A stretch of DNA of 64,000 nucleotides, from positions 334,146 to 398,145 of the forward strand of contig CAZFRF010000001.1 in the NCBI GenBank assembly GCA_964521295.1, given 5' to 3'. Both the position numbers and the translations under genes were made by a program. The DNA is from an uncultured Gammaproteobacteria bacterium. GTDB taxonomy: Bacteria; Patescibacteriota; Microgenomatia; Levybacterales; UBA12049. Position 1 is the first letter of the stretch, and every line of letters begins with the position of its first letter. The notes beneath the pieces were generated by a model that saw nothing but the letters and a program-made list of their open reading frames with translations, was not told the DNA's origin and did not search any database. This document shows, one piece after another, positions 8,232-17,876 of the stretch.

Positions 8232-9614
8232 TTAATTTATTCGAGAAGAGATATATTTTTTTAATTCTTCAATTTTAACTCTCTCCTGTGTAGCAGTATC
8301 TCTATCTCTAACGGTTACTGTATTGTCTTCCAGTGTTTGGAAATCTACCGTAATGCAAAATGGAGTTCCCGCCTCATCTTGAGCATAATATCTTTTACCA
8401 ATATTTCCCCTATCATCCCATAAAACCGGGAAATCTGATTTTAAATCAGTAAATATATCTCTTGCCTTGCCAACCAATTCCGCTTTATTTGCAAGAAGTG
8501 GGAAAACAGCAGCCTTATATGGCGCAAGCTTTGGTGAAAGTTTTAAGATAACTCTTTCTCCCTCCTCAGTATAACTATCAAGCAAAACCATTAAAAGTAA
8601 TCTATTAATACCAACAGCTGGCTCAATGACATGAGGCACTACCTTTACGTTTGTTTGCGAATCAACTATTGAGAGGTCTTTTTTAGAAGCCTCTCCATGC
8701 TTTGTCAAATCATAATCAGTTCTGTAAGCTAAGCCCCAAAGCTCTTTAAACCCAAAAGGAAAATTATATTCTAAATCTTCAGTTTTTTTACTATAAAATG
8801 ATCTTTCTTTATCATCGTGCTCTCTCCATCTTAAATTCTCTTTTTTAACTCCTAAAACATTAGTAGCAAAATCATAAATTGAATCCTTCCATGAGCTAAA
8901 TAGATCTTCCCATTTAGCCTTTTCTGGATCAAAAAAATACTCTATCTCTCCTTGTTCAAATTCTATAGTTCTAAAAATGGAATTACCAGGGGTTATTTCG
9001 TTTCTGAAACTCTTACCAATCTGCGCAATACCAAAGGGAAGTCTTACTCTACTGGAGTCAATAACATTTTTAAAATTAACAAATATACCTTGGGCTGTTT
9101 CTCCTCTTAAATATGCACTACCACCTTCTCCTTCGACAATTCCCAATTGAACTGGAAAAAGAAGGTTAAATTTCCTTACTTTTGTCCAATCTTTTTTGCC
9201 ACAATTTGGACAAGCAATTCCTTCTCTATCTATTACTTTTTCTAATTCTTCTAAACTAAGTCCTTCAACCTTTTCTTCTTTTCCTGTTTTAGCGAAATGA
9301 TTTTCAATTAAATGGTCAGCTCGCATCCTAGCCTTACAGTTTTTGCAATCAATCATTGCATCGGCAAAACCTGCAACGTGCCCTGAAGCCTCCCAGATCT
9401 TGTGGTGTGAAACTATTCCAGCATCAAGCCCAACTACATCTTCCCTGGCCTGAACAAAGTATTTCCACCACAGATTTTTAATATTTCTTAAAAGCTCAAC
9501 TCCCAAAGGACCATAATCATAGGTATTAGCCAGTCCTCCATAAATTTCTGAACCGGGGTAAATAAAACCACGTCTTTTAGAAAGCGCAACAACCTTATCC
9601 ATTAAGTTTTCCAT
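8232..9614 (-). CDS. glyQS: Glycine--tRNA ligase, alpha2 homodimeric type
   Basis: IYGG, YDYGPLG, WEASGH, YLRGETAQG, GKSFRNEI, IFRTIEFEQ, PHVIEP, IGKRY; CxxC pairs in the insertion. Confidence 0.96.
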   Translation of the reverse strand: MENLMDKVVALSKRRGFIYPGSEIYGGLANTYDYGPLGVELLRNIKNLWWKYFVQAREDVVGLDAGIVSHHKIWEASGHVAGFADAMIDCKNCKARMRADHLIENHFAKTGKEEKVEGLSLEELEKVIDREGIACPNCGKKDWTKVRKFNLLFPVQLGIVEGEGGSAYLRGETAQGIFVNFKNVIDSSRVRLPFGIAQIGKSFRNEITPGNSIFRTIEFEQGEIEYFFDPEKAKWEDLFSSWKDSIYDFATNVLGVKKENLRWREHDDKERSFYSKKTEDLEYNFPFGFKELWGLAYRTDYDLTKHGEASKKDLSIVDSQTNVKVVPHVIEPAVGINRLLLMVLLDSYTEEGERVILKLSPKLAPYKAAVFPLLANKAELVGKARDIFTDLKSDFPVLWDDRGNIGKRYYAQDEAGTPFCITVDFQTLEDNTVTVRDRDTATQERVKIEELKKYISSRIN

Positions 9615-9644
9615 TAAGGCAATAATATCAGAAATAAAATAGGT

Positions 9645-10193
9645 TTAAAAGCCAGAAGAGTTAAGAAGAATTTGTTTAGTTTTTAATTTTCTTTCCAATA
9701 AATTTTCGATGAATTCATGCGTACTAAGTTGCAAAGCCTGTCTTTGAGAATAAAAACCAAGTAAACTTAAAAGCTGTATTTCAAAATCTTTCACAATCTC
9801 AATTAAATTATTCTTTTCTTTACTGATTAATTTTAAAGTCTTATCTAATAAATCAAATATTTCATTATTTTGCTGATTCTCAGGACAAAGTCCATCTACT
9901 AGCTCACACACGTGATACGCAAAGCCAATTTTTTCTAAATCGTTTTTTAAGTCATAGAAGTTCTCTAAAGACTCAACCTCAGTTAAGGTTGGCATTGATT
10001 TACCCCTATATAAACTAAAAACACAATAATTTAAAAGTTCTATATGAGGAGATCTTTTACTAGTAATTCTTCTAACTCCCGTCGCTTTGATTTTTATTTT
10101 TCCTTCTGTTTTTGAATAAACTGTAATAAGTCTATCTGCTTCCCCAAAATTCTTCCGCTTAATAACAATTCCTTGTAGTTTGAATGATTTCAT
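9645..10193 (-). CDS. recO: DNA repair protein RecO (short, no C-terminal Zn finger)
   Basis: GIVIKRKNFGEADRLITVYS...GKI...ATGVRR, FEIQLLSLLGF; adjacent to glyS. Confidence 0.9.
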   Translation of the reverse strand: MKSFKLQGIVIKRKNFGEADRLITVYSKTEGKIKIKATGVRRITSKRSPHIELLNYCVFSLYRGKSMPTLTEVESLENFYDLKNDLEKIGFAYHVCELVDGLCPENQQNNEIFDLLDKTLKLISKEKNNLIEIVKDFEIQLLSLLGFYSQRQALQLSTHEFIENLLERKLKTKQILLNSSGF

Positions 10194-12181
10194 TATCTGA
10201 GCTTTAAGTTAAGAGTCTTATCAGAAGCAAGTGGAAATATTTCTAGTTTCCTGCCAGAAGTATTGATTAAATAGTTACTTGAATTTGTTCCAGGTTGTTT
10301 TTGGATCATTAAAGGAAGAACTGAATTATTTGCTAACTTAAATGGCAAGGTATAAGTAAGTGTATATTTAGCTACGCCTTGAGGTCTAATTGTTAAAAAG
10401 CCCTCAAAGACAGTCTTACCAAGCTCATCATAGGTTTTTAATTTAACCTCTGAACCTTGACTACTAACTAACTTACTACCTTTTGGAACATATATCCTAA
10501 CCCAATCCCTTAAAATAGCATTTAGACACAAATTGCCTCTTTCAAGATTGCAATCAGATGGTGGATATGGATTCTTATAATTTACCGTAACAGTCTTTGT
10601 AACTAAGCCATCTGAGCCAACTGAATAGTCTTGGGTAACCTCTTGCGAAACAAACATATTAGATTTAGCTCCACCAAGATTAGCTTCATTAATGTGTAAA
10701 TAATCTCCATCAAATGGCATTATTCGACCTGCAGCGTTCAAACCTTCTAATCCTTCCTGGGCTTGAGCGTTATATGCATAGAAAAGAATATGTTTCTCAG
10801 AAATTTGAGTTAACATTGTTTGAAAAAGTGGACCCCAATATAACTTTGGAGAAGATGAGAAGGCTTTTTGCATAATTGCATACATTAACTCTCCGATAAT
10901 TCCTTTTCTATTATTCCTAACAACCTGACCTGGTCTATCTGCATATTCTTCTAATTCATAAATTACCTGAGGACAATCGCATCTCGGATCAGTTTTAGTA
11001 GTAAAATTAATCCCTCCAGCTTGCATATCTCCCAAAATATTCATAGCTGCAACTAAAGCTTGCGTATCAACCGCAAAGATTCCATCTACTTTGGTATACG
11101 CACTAGATTTCTTATACATCTTAGTAAACTCATCCATTGAGACTTTATAATCCGGAGAGATATTAACGTCTCTTAAGTTAAGCTTACTAACCTCAAGATA
11201 TTTTTGGAAAACTTCTGGAGCAGCGCTTTTTCCAGAGATTGTATCGTCGAGAGCATAAATATCTGAAGAATTATCAACCTTAATAACTCCTGAATTTAGT
11301 CTAAAGATAGAATAGGCTGTGATAAAACCACCAGTTGGTCTCAATTCTTTATCATTTTGGAAAATAATTAAATATCTTTTTTCATCAGGCTCTCCCAACA
11401 TTGTTGGCAAGACCTTAATTAATGGCTTTGCATTAGAAATTAATGTAACACTTTGGTCGGTCAAAGTTTTGAGATTTGTTAAGCCGCTTTGTACTTTCTT
11501 ACCAGCGCCAATTGCAGGATAATGCTTAGGATTAACTTGATCTATTTCTTCTCTAACTAAATCTAGCTTCGCAGAGATCTCATCAATTTTGGGAGTAATT
11601 TTACTCATTGTCTTAACTGCTGTTTCAATACGCTGCTGGGCAGTCCCACCAACAAAACTTCCTTGACCCTTAAGGCCTAGTAAATCTGCATAAGGCTTGA
11701 TTGAATCTACTAAAATTACTGCAGCGTCTAAACCATGAAAGCCTGCATTTATTAAATGATCTGCATCGCTATAGTATCCATGAGCAATTGGAATAAAATT
11801 TAAATAACCCATTGCATGTAAGCTTTTTTGGGTAACTAATAAGGCTGCTTTAGTTTTTGCAAGTTCTTCAGATGCTGCACCAATATTTTGCTGTTTTAAC
11901 ACTTGAGCCGTAATCTGAGCCTGGGCATAAGTAATTTTTACCGTGGAATACAAAGCTCTTGCCTGAATAACAACTAGACCTACAAATAAAATTAAAAATA
12001 CTACAAAAATACCTAGACCTACTTGAAATTTACGATTTTTTAATACTTTTTTAAATCTAGAATTAGCAAAGCGACCTGATCTTCTTGGAGAACTTTCGGT
12101 AGACTGGTTTAAACCTGAAGTCACGTTAGTAGAGCTTGTTTCCTTGGGAGTCTCAAATTGAATCTTAGACAATCCGTCCAT
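10193..12181 (-). CDS. DUF4012 domain membrane protein
   Basis: TM plus helical region, then YLIIFQNDKELRPTGGFI, RDVNISPD, DGIFAVD, N..G.K. Start at ATG 12181 follows TTGACA-18-TATGAT-7. Confidence 0.85.
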   Translation of the reverse strand: MDGLSKIQFETPKETSSTNVTSGLNQSTESSPRRSGRFANSRFKKVLKNRKFQVGLGIFVVFLILFVGLVVIQARALYSTVKITYAQAQITAQVLKQQNIGAASEELAKTKAALLVTQKSLHAMGYLNFIPIAHGYYSDADHLINAGFHGLDAAVILVDSIKPYADLLGLKGQGSFVGGTAQQRIETAVKTMSKITPKIDEISAKLDLVREEIDQVNPKHYPAIGAGKKVQSGLTNLKTLTDQSVTLISNAKPLIKVLPTMLGEPDEKRYLIIFQNDKELRPTGGFITAYSIFRLNSGVIKVDNSSDIYALDDTISGKSAAPEVFQKYLEVSKLNLRDVNISPDYKVSMDEFTKMYKKSSAYTKVDGIFAVDTQALVAAMNILGDMQAGGINFTTKTDPRCDCPQVIYELEEYADRPGQVVRNNRKGIIGELMYAIMQKAFSSSPKLYWGPLFQTMLTQISEKHILFYAYNAQAQEGLEGLNAAGRIMPFDGDYLHINEANLGGAKSNMFVSQEVTQDYSVGSDGLVTKTVTVNYKNPYPPSDCNLERGNLCLNAILRDWVRIYVPKGSKLVSSQGSEVKLKTYDELGKTVFEGFLTIRPQGVAKYTLTYTLPFKLANNSVLPLMIQKQPGTNSSNYLINTSGRKLEIFPLASDKTLNLKLR

Positions 12182-12188
12182 AACAATT

Positions 12189-12218
12189 ATCATATCGGAT
12201 ATTATCAATCTATGTCAA
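12189..12218 (-). promoter_or_regulatory. sigma70 promoter (TTGACA-18-TATGAT), 7 nt before the DUF4012 ATG
   Basis: TTGACA at 12213-12218, TATGAT at 12189-12194. Confidence 0.6.
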
Positions 12219-12222
12219 CCTA

Positions 12223-12864
12223 TTACTTAAGTTTAATATGAAGTCTTGCTTGATTAATATTTGTAGGATATTTTAGTTGAGTTTTAACTTGTACTTGATA
12301 ATCCTTAGCCCCCTGATCATAAACTAAAGCTTTAGAAGACGTATATCCAGATTGTCCACTAATTGACACCTCACTGTTCCAAACTGGATGCTTATCTGTT
12401 TTATTATATAGTCTTACCCAAACCATTTGATTTGCGGTTGGAACGCTTACTGAAACTTCAAAAAATATATCTTTAATATTTCCATAATTTGCAAAATCTA
12501 CATTTGCTTCTAAACCAGCGACATCTGCCCATTCATCAGCAATGCTTGATCCAGACCCAAAAGCAACAAAATACTCCTTAGCACTCAAATCCTTAACAAC
12601 AGGAGTTATTACTTGAGTCGGAGTAATTGTCTGAGTTAAACTAGGCTCTTGAGTTGGGGTTGGCAAAGAAACACCATTTTTACTACTAATCTGCTCAGGC
12701 CTAAAAATAAATTGATAAATAACTACAAAATTTAAAAAGGTAACTAATATTAAGAAAAGAATTATCCAGAAAAAACGCTTTGCTCTTTTTTCATCTTTCA
12801 AGATCTTTTCTTCATCGACTTGAATCTCTTCTCTTAAGTCTTGGAGTTGTTCATTGGTAACCAT
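12223..12864 (-). CDS. Membrane-anchored hypothetical protein
   Basis: Charged N-terminus, one TM, P/T-rich linker, beta-rich C-domain; TTTACT-17-TAGACT-7-ATG promoter. Confidence 0.75.
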   Translation of the reverse strand: MVTNEQLQDLREEIQVDEEKILKDEKRAKRFFWIILFLILVTFLNFVVIYQFIFRPEQISSKNGVSLPTPTQEPSLTQTITPTQVITPVVKDLSAKEYFVAFGSGSSIADEWADVAGLEANVDFANYGNIKDIFFEVSVSVPTANQMVWVRLYNKTDKHPVWNSEVSISGQSGYTSSKALVYDQGAKDYQVQVKTQLKYPTNINQARLHIKLK

Positions 12865-12902
12865 TAAGCCTAGTCTAGCTAGAACAAGAATAAAAGTAAA
12901 GT

Positions 12903-13568
12903 TTACAAAGCGCCTTTACCGGAGATCATGGTCCAAGGGGTTTTTAAAATAATCCACAAGTCGTAAATTATTGATCTTTTTCTAACATAGGTTGCATCCA
13001 TTTCTATTCTTTTATCAAAATTAATCTCAGATCTGCCAGAAACTTGCCAATAACCAGTTAAGCCAGGTTTTATTGAAAGCACAATCCTAACTGCTTTTTG
13101 AGTTTTGGGATATTTTTTTTGCTGCTCTCTTAATTCATCTGGATAATATGCTCTTGGACCAACTAAACTCATGTCCCCTTTTAAGATATTAAAAAGTTGG
13201 GGAACCTCATCTATGGAGTGCTTTCTAATAAAGTGACCAACCCTGGTTATTCTTGGGTCATCTTTTAATTTATAACTACTCTTTTTATATTCATTATAAA
13301 GCTTGGCATATTCGGGATTATTTCTTAAAAGAGTATGAGCATTAATGATCATACTTCTAAACTTATACATTTTAAATAAATTTCCACCCTTACCCACTCT
13401 TTGTGGCGTATCTGCAAGAACTGGACCTCTACTATCAAGCTTGATTGCAATTGCAGTAATAAGAATTATAGGAGAAAAAATGATTAAAATTGTAAGAGCA
13501 AAAACGATATCCATTAGCCTTTTTACAATTTCATAAATTCCGCTTTTTTTAATCTCTGTAACTGGCAT
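12903..13568 (-). CDS. Priming polyprenyl-phosphate sugar phosphotransferase (Bac_transf, WbaP/WcaJ-like)
   Basis: KRLMDI, FKMYKFRSM, DDPRITRVG, SIDEVPQ, GDMSLVGPR, KPGLTGYWQV. Confidence 0.93.
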   Translation of the reverse strand: MPVTEIKKSGIYEIVKRLMDIVFALTILIIFSPIILITAIAIKLDSRGPVLADTPQRVGKGGNLFKMYKFRSMIINAHTLLRNNPEYAKLYNEYKKSSYKLKDDPRITRVGHFIRKHSIDEVPQLFNILKGDMSLVGPRAYYPDELREQQKKYPKTQKAVRIVLSIKPGLTGYWQVSGRSEINFDKRIEMDATYVRKRSIIYDLWIILKTPWTMISGKGAL

Positions 13569-13571
13569 AAA

Positions 13572-14660
13572 TTAGGCTAAATGCTCTCTCTCCGTTCCTT
13601 CAAGTTCCTGAACGAACTTTTTAATTTTTGGGACAGAGTCTTTGGGGCAAATTAAAACAACATCTTTTGTATTAACAACAATCATTTCCTTCAAATCAAT
13701 TCCCACAACTAATTGATTAGTGAAATTAAAAGCTAAACTATCAATACTGTCTTCGAGCGCAACTTCTCCTTTAGTAACATTTTCAGTACTACTTTCTGAC
13801 AATGCTTCCTTTAGCGCTTCCCATGCTCCAATATCACTCCAGCCCAAATCTGCAGAAATTACTAAGCCTTGTTTTGGATCCATTTTTTCAAGCACAGCAT
13901 TATCAAAAGTAATTTTTTCAATTGTTGGATACACTTCTCTTAAAACACGATCGTAATCAGATGTACCATAAGCTTGTTGGATTGCCTCTAGTTTTCCATT
14001 TAACTCAGCTGGAGCAAAAGTTTGAAAAAGATTCCACAAAAACCTTGGAGTAGTTACGAAATATCCTAAATTCCAAGCATGATGACCATCTTCAACCCAT
14101 TTCTCGGCTGTTGATAAATGAGGTCTATATAAAAAGCTTTTAAAAGAAGAGACTGAAAGTTGTCCAATTTTTTCAACTTCTTCACCGAATTCAATATAAC
14201 CTAAATTTTGATTTGCAAATCTTGGCTTTTGACCAACAAAAACAATTCTCTCTCCATTTTGCTTAATAATTTGCTCTGCCCCTCTTAAAGCCTCCTGAAA
14301 AAGAGCTTCTTCTCTAACCAAATGATCACTTCCCCACAAAATTACAATTGGTTCATCTGGATTTGTTTTATGAAAAATTGAAGTAACTAAACCAACAGCA
14401 GGCCCCACATCTCTCATCTCTGGCTCAACTAGAACATTTTCAACAGGGAGTTCTGGAAGTTGAGTTCTTACTTGATCAACATATGTTTCACCTGTAGCGA
14501 TATAAATATCTTTCCACTCAAAAAGAGGAAAAAGCTTGCCAACTGCAATCTGAAGCATTGTTCTATCGCCAATAATTTTCTCAAACTGCTTTGGGGTATT
14601 TTTTCTAGAAAGGGGCCAAAGCCTTGACCCAACTCCTCCTGCAAAAATAACTACTTTCAT
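13572..14660 (-). CDS. manC: Mannose-1-phosphate guanylyltransferase-like nucleotidyltransferase (no PMI cupin)
   Basis: AGGVGSRLWPLSR..PKQF, SDH, GYIE, TFDNAVLEK, GWSDIGAW, C-terminal beta-helix. Confidence 0.8.
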   Translation of the reverse strand: MKVVIFAGGVGSRLWPLSRKNTPKQFEKIIGDRTMLQIAVGKLFPLFEWKDIYIATGETYVDQVRTQLPELPVENVLVEPEMRDVGPAVGLVTSIFHKTNPDEPIVILWGSDHLVREEALFQEALRGAEQIIKQNGERIVFVGQKPRFANQNLGYIEFGEEVEKIGQLSVSSFKSFLYRPHLSTAEKWVEDGHHAWNLGYFVTTPRFLWNLFQTFAPAELNGKLEAIQQAYGTSDYDRVLREVYPTIEKITFDNAVLEKMDPKQGLVISADLGWSDIGAWEALKEALSESSTENVTKGEVALEDSIDSLAFNFTNQLVVGIDLKEMIVVNTKDVVLICPKDSVPKIKKFVQELEGTEREHLA

Positions 14661-15736
14661 AATTTAATATTATATTCCTTTATTTCTCTTAACAAAAGTT
14701 TTTTAAAATTAGTAAACGAAAACCTTAGGGCATTCTGTCTACATAATTTATAATTATATCTCCTAGCATTGAAATTTTCCAATACCGTTTTTAAGACTTT
14801 AACTTTTTGTTTAGTAAAAAATTCACCTGTTTTTCCCGGAATAACAATATCTAATGCACCGCCACCCTTAAAAGCTATAACTGGCTTACCAAAATATTGA
14901 GCTTCAGTCATTACAATTCCAAAATCTTCTAGTCCTGGGAAAATTAAGGCTTTTGAGTTCTTATAATAACCGTATAGCTCTCCGTCTGAAATATTTTTAA
15001 CAAATTTAACAGTTGGTCCAGCAATTTTTTTCAACTTTTTCTCCTGCCCTCCTGTACCTACAACAACTAAAGGTAAGTTAAGACTTGTACAGGCTCTAAC
15101 CGCTAAATCAACGCGTTTATAATAAACAAGTCTTGAAACGACTAAAAAATAATCTTTGTCCTTGGGTTTTTGAATCTTAACTTTTGATATGTCTAAAGGT
15201 GGGAAAATTAATCTTGCTTCTTTTTTATAGTATTTTTTAATTCTCCTATTAACTTCGGTTGAAATCCCAATGAGCTTATCGGGTTTTTTAGCCCAATATT
15301 TATCAATAATCCTTAAATACCAAACAATTGGCAAACTAATTTTTCTTAACAAATTATTTTTAAAGTATAATTTATAACCGCTCCACAAATATCTTGTTGG
15401 GGTAAGAATATAAGATATATGCCTTGCTGGCTTTTCAACTCTAATTACCTTCGCATATTCACTAGTTACAGAGATAACTAAATCATATTTAGAAAAATCT
15501 AAAAAATAAAACGCAAGTGGCATAAGCGGTGCAAGTAATTCATGAAAATTTGAGGCATAAGGAATATCTTGTAAAAACGAGGTTTTAACCCTAAATCCCT
15601 TAGCCCATTTAGCTTTTTTAGGATTATATACTGACGTAAACAAATGAGCCTTAGGAAATATTTTATGCAAAGAAATTAAAACTCTTTCCGCCCCACCCCA
15701 TTTATTTACTCTGTCGTAAACAAGTGCAACTTTCAT
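14657..15736 (-). CDS. GT4 glycosyltransferase (WbaZ-like mannosyltransferase)
   Basis: GGAERV, TPTRYLW, SRLVYYKRVD, EDFGIVMTEA. Confidence 0.88.
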   Translation of the reverse strand: MKVALVYDRVNKWGGAERVLISLHKIFPKAHLFTSVYNPKKAKWAKGFRVKTSFLQDIPYASNFHELLAPLMPLAFYFLDFSKYDLVISVTSEYAKVIRVEKPARHISYILTPTRYLWSGYKLYFKNNLLRKISLPIVWYLRIIDKYWAKKPDKLIGISTEVNRRIKKYYKKEARLIFPPLDISKVKIQKPKDKDYFLVVSRLVYYKRVDLAVRACTSLNLPLVVVGTGGQEKKLKKIAGPTVKFVKNISDGELYGYYKNSKALIFPGLEDFGIVMTEAQYFGKPVIAFKGGGALDIVIPGKTGEFFTKQKVKVLKTVLENFNARRYNYKLCRQNALRFSFTNFKKLLLREIKEYNIKL

Positions 15737-15751
15737 ATTTTTTGGGCAGAA

Positions 15752-16855
15752 TTATTTCGAAGAAATATTATTGTAAATATTTAGTGTTTGAGTAGCCATT
15801 TTTTTCCAGGAATATTCTTTAGCTACTTCAATTTCTAATTCTTTAATTTTATCCAGACTTGCTTTATCAAGTTCTAAAAGCTGATTAATTTTACTTGTCA
15901 TATCATCTGGATTGTTTGGATCGAAATAAACTGCACTATCTTTACATATTTCTCTGTGAACTGCAATATCTGAAACTGCCAAAGGAACCCCTAGTCCCAT
16001 AGCCTCAACAGATGTCAGAGAAAATCCCTCCATTAATGATGGGACTACTACCATCTTCGCGTTTGCATACAAACTAAAAAGCTGATTATCATTCGGACTT
16101 TCAATAAAAATAATCCTATCTTTAATTTTCAGTTGATCAATCTCTTTTTCAATCCGGGTAAAAAAATAATCCTTTTTACCAATTAACATTAATTTTATTT
16201 GTTTATCTTTTAAATTTTTAAAACTAAACAATAAGTTTTCGATATTTTTATGAGGATAAAAATTACCAACACGCAAAAGATATTCTCCATATTTATTTTC
16301 CAAAACTTCAGGTTTTTTCTCAAAACCACCTTCATAAGTTATTTCAATTTTTTCAGTCTTAACTTTTTTATAAACATCTAAGATATCATTCTTAACCGCA
16401 TTAGAAGGAACAATAATTTTTGAAGCTTTACTTATCGCATTAGCAAGAACTACATTGTATGCCAATCTTTTTGACATATAAATTGGATATGGAAGAGTTG
16501 ACGCTTGACCTGTATTGAACTTATTGATAATTAAATCATGAACTGTAACCACAAACTTTCTTCTATATAGATATGGAACCGAAAAATAAGGAAAATGAAT
16601 TAAATCTAATTTAAATGAATTTAAAAAGAAAGCAAATTTTGTTTGCTCTGCAATCGAATGCCATTTAACATTTGTCTTAACGATTTTCCAATTTTCAGAT
16701 GAAAATAATGTGCTTAATTCTGCAAAATCTTCTTTTAATACAAATAATACATATTTATTTGTATTATCTAAATTATAAAGATTGTTTACTAAGTTCTGCG
16801 TGTATCTTCCAACTCCTGTTTGACGCCATAACCTACAATCAATTCCAATTAACAT
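15752..16855 (-). CDS. GT4 glycosyltransferase (MtfB-like)
   Basis: IGID, GVGRY, TVHDL, PHKN, EGFSLTSVEAM; TGcTATAAT 6 nt before ATG. Confidence 0.9.
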   Translation of the reverse strand: MLIGIDCRLWRQTGVGRYTQNLVNNLYNLDNTNKYVLFVLKEDFAELSTLFSSENWKIVKTNVKWHSIAEQTKFAFFLNSFKLDLIHFPYFSVPYLYRRKFVVTVHDLIINKFNTGQASTLPYPIYMSKRLAYNVVLANAISKASKIIVPSNAVKNDILDVYKKVKTEKIEITYEGGFEKKPEVLENKYGEYLLRVGNFYPHKNIENLLFSFKNLKDKQIKLMLIGKKDYFFTRIEKEIDQLKIKDRIIFIESPNDNQLFSLYANAKMVVVPSLMEGFSLTSVEAMGLGVPLAVSDIAVHREICKDSAVYFDPNNPDDMTSKINQLLELDKASLDKIKELEIEVAKEYSWKKMATQTLNIYNNISSK

Positions 16856-16916
16856 ATCTAAATTATAGCAAAGATATTCACTTTTATATTTCTAAAAAAT
16901 TATATAGAATAATGTA

Positions 16917-17267
16917 ATGAAGAACTATAAAGATATTGACGAATATATAAATTCATTTCCCAAAGATATACAAAGCAAATTAACCGCTATTAGAATAGCA
17001 ATTCACAAAAGCGCACCAAATGCTACTGAAAAAATAAGTTATGGAATGCCAACTTTTTATCAAAATGGCAACCTTGTCCATTTTGCTGCATTTAAAAATC
17101 ATCTTAGTCTTTTCCCAGCACCTTCTGGCGTTAATATGTTTAGAGACAAACTTAAAAAATATCAAACTAGCAAAGGGACTATTCAATTTAAATATTCAGA
17201 TGAAATTCCTTATGATTTGATAGAGCAAATTGTAAAATTCAGAGTTACAGAAAACACTAAAAAATGA
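16917..17267 (+). CDS. DUF1801 (YdhG-like) protein
   Basis: IDEYI, APNATEKISYGMPTF, HFAAFKNHLSLFP, SKGTIQF, PYDLI. Confidence 0.88.
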   Translation: MKNYKDIDEYINSFPKDIQSKLTAIRIAIHKSAPNATEKISYGMPTFYQNGNLVHFAAFKNHLSLFPAPSGVNMFRDKLKKYQTSKGTIQFKYSDEIPYDLIEQIVKFRVTENTKK

Positions 17268-17278
17268 TAAACTAAATC

Positions 17279-17755
17279 ATGATTCAAAAGATTACTCCAT
17301 GCTTATGGTTTGACAACAACTGCGAAGAAGCTATAAGTTTTTATACCTCCATCTTTCCTAATTCTAAAATTATAAGTATGCAAAAATACCCTCAAAATGT
17401 TGATGATCCCCACATGAAAGGCATGGAAGACAAAATTATAACATCTATTTTTGAACTTGATGGGCAAAAATTTATGGCACTTGATGGAGGACCAATTTTT
17501 AAATTTAATGAAGCAATTTCTTTCGAAGTAGAATGTGAGAATCAAGAAGAAGTTGATTATTATTGGGAAAAACTATCAGCTGTACCTGAATCAGAGCAAT
17601 GTGGATGGCTAAAAGATAAGTACGGAGTCTCTTGGCAAATTGTTCCTAAACAACTTGGCGAACTTATTAGTAAGGATACAACAGGAAAAGTAATGCAAGC
17701 AATGTTAGAAATGAAAAAAATTGTAATTAAAGATCTAGAAAATGCTGCTAGCTAA
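17279..17755 (+). CDS. VOC/PhnB-like family protein
   Basis: QKITPCLWFD, FMALDGGP, FNEAISF, YYWEKL, CGWLKDKYGVSWQIVP. Confidence 0.9.
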   Translation: MIQKITPCLWFDNNCEEAISFYTSIFPNSKIISMQKYPQNVDDPHMKGMEDKIITSIFELDGQKFMALDGGPIFKFNEAISFEVECENQEEVDYYWEKLSAVPESEQCGWLKDKYGVSWQIVPKQLGELISKDTTGKVMQAMLEMKKIVIKDLENAAS

Positions 17756-17876
17756 CTTCTTCTTAAAAAAAGACTTATAAACGTTTTAATCATTTTTTAT
17801 TTTCTTCTCGTTGATAAAATAAATACGGATTTTCACCTTAAGCTTTCTTGTAAGGGAATCGCAGAATTATAACATA

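Noticed and set aside
17279-17755. 3-demethylubiquinone methyltransferase label
   Set aside because: The family name is misleading; the protein has a VOC/PhnB pattern and no SAM-binding motif.
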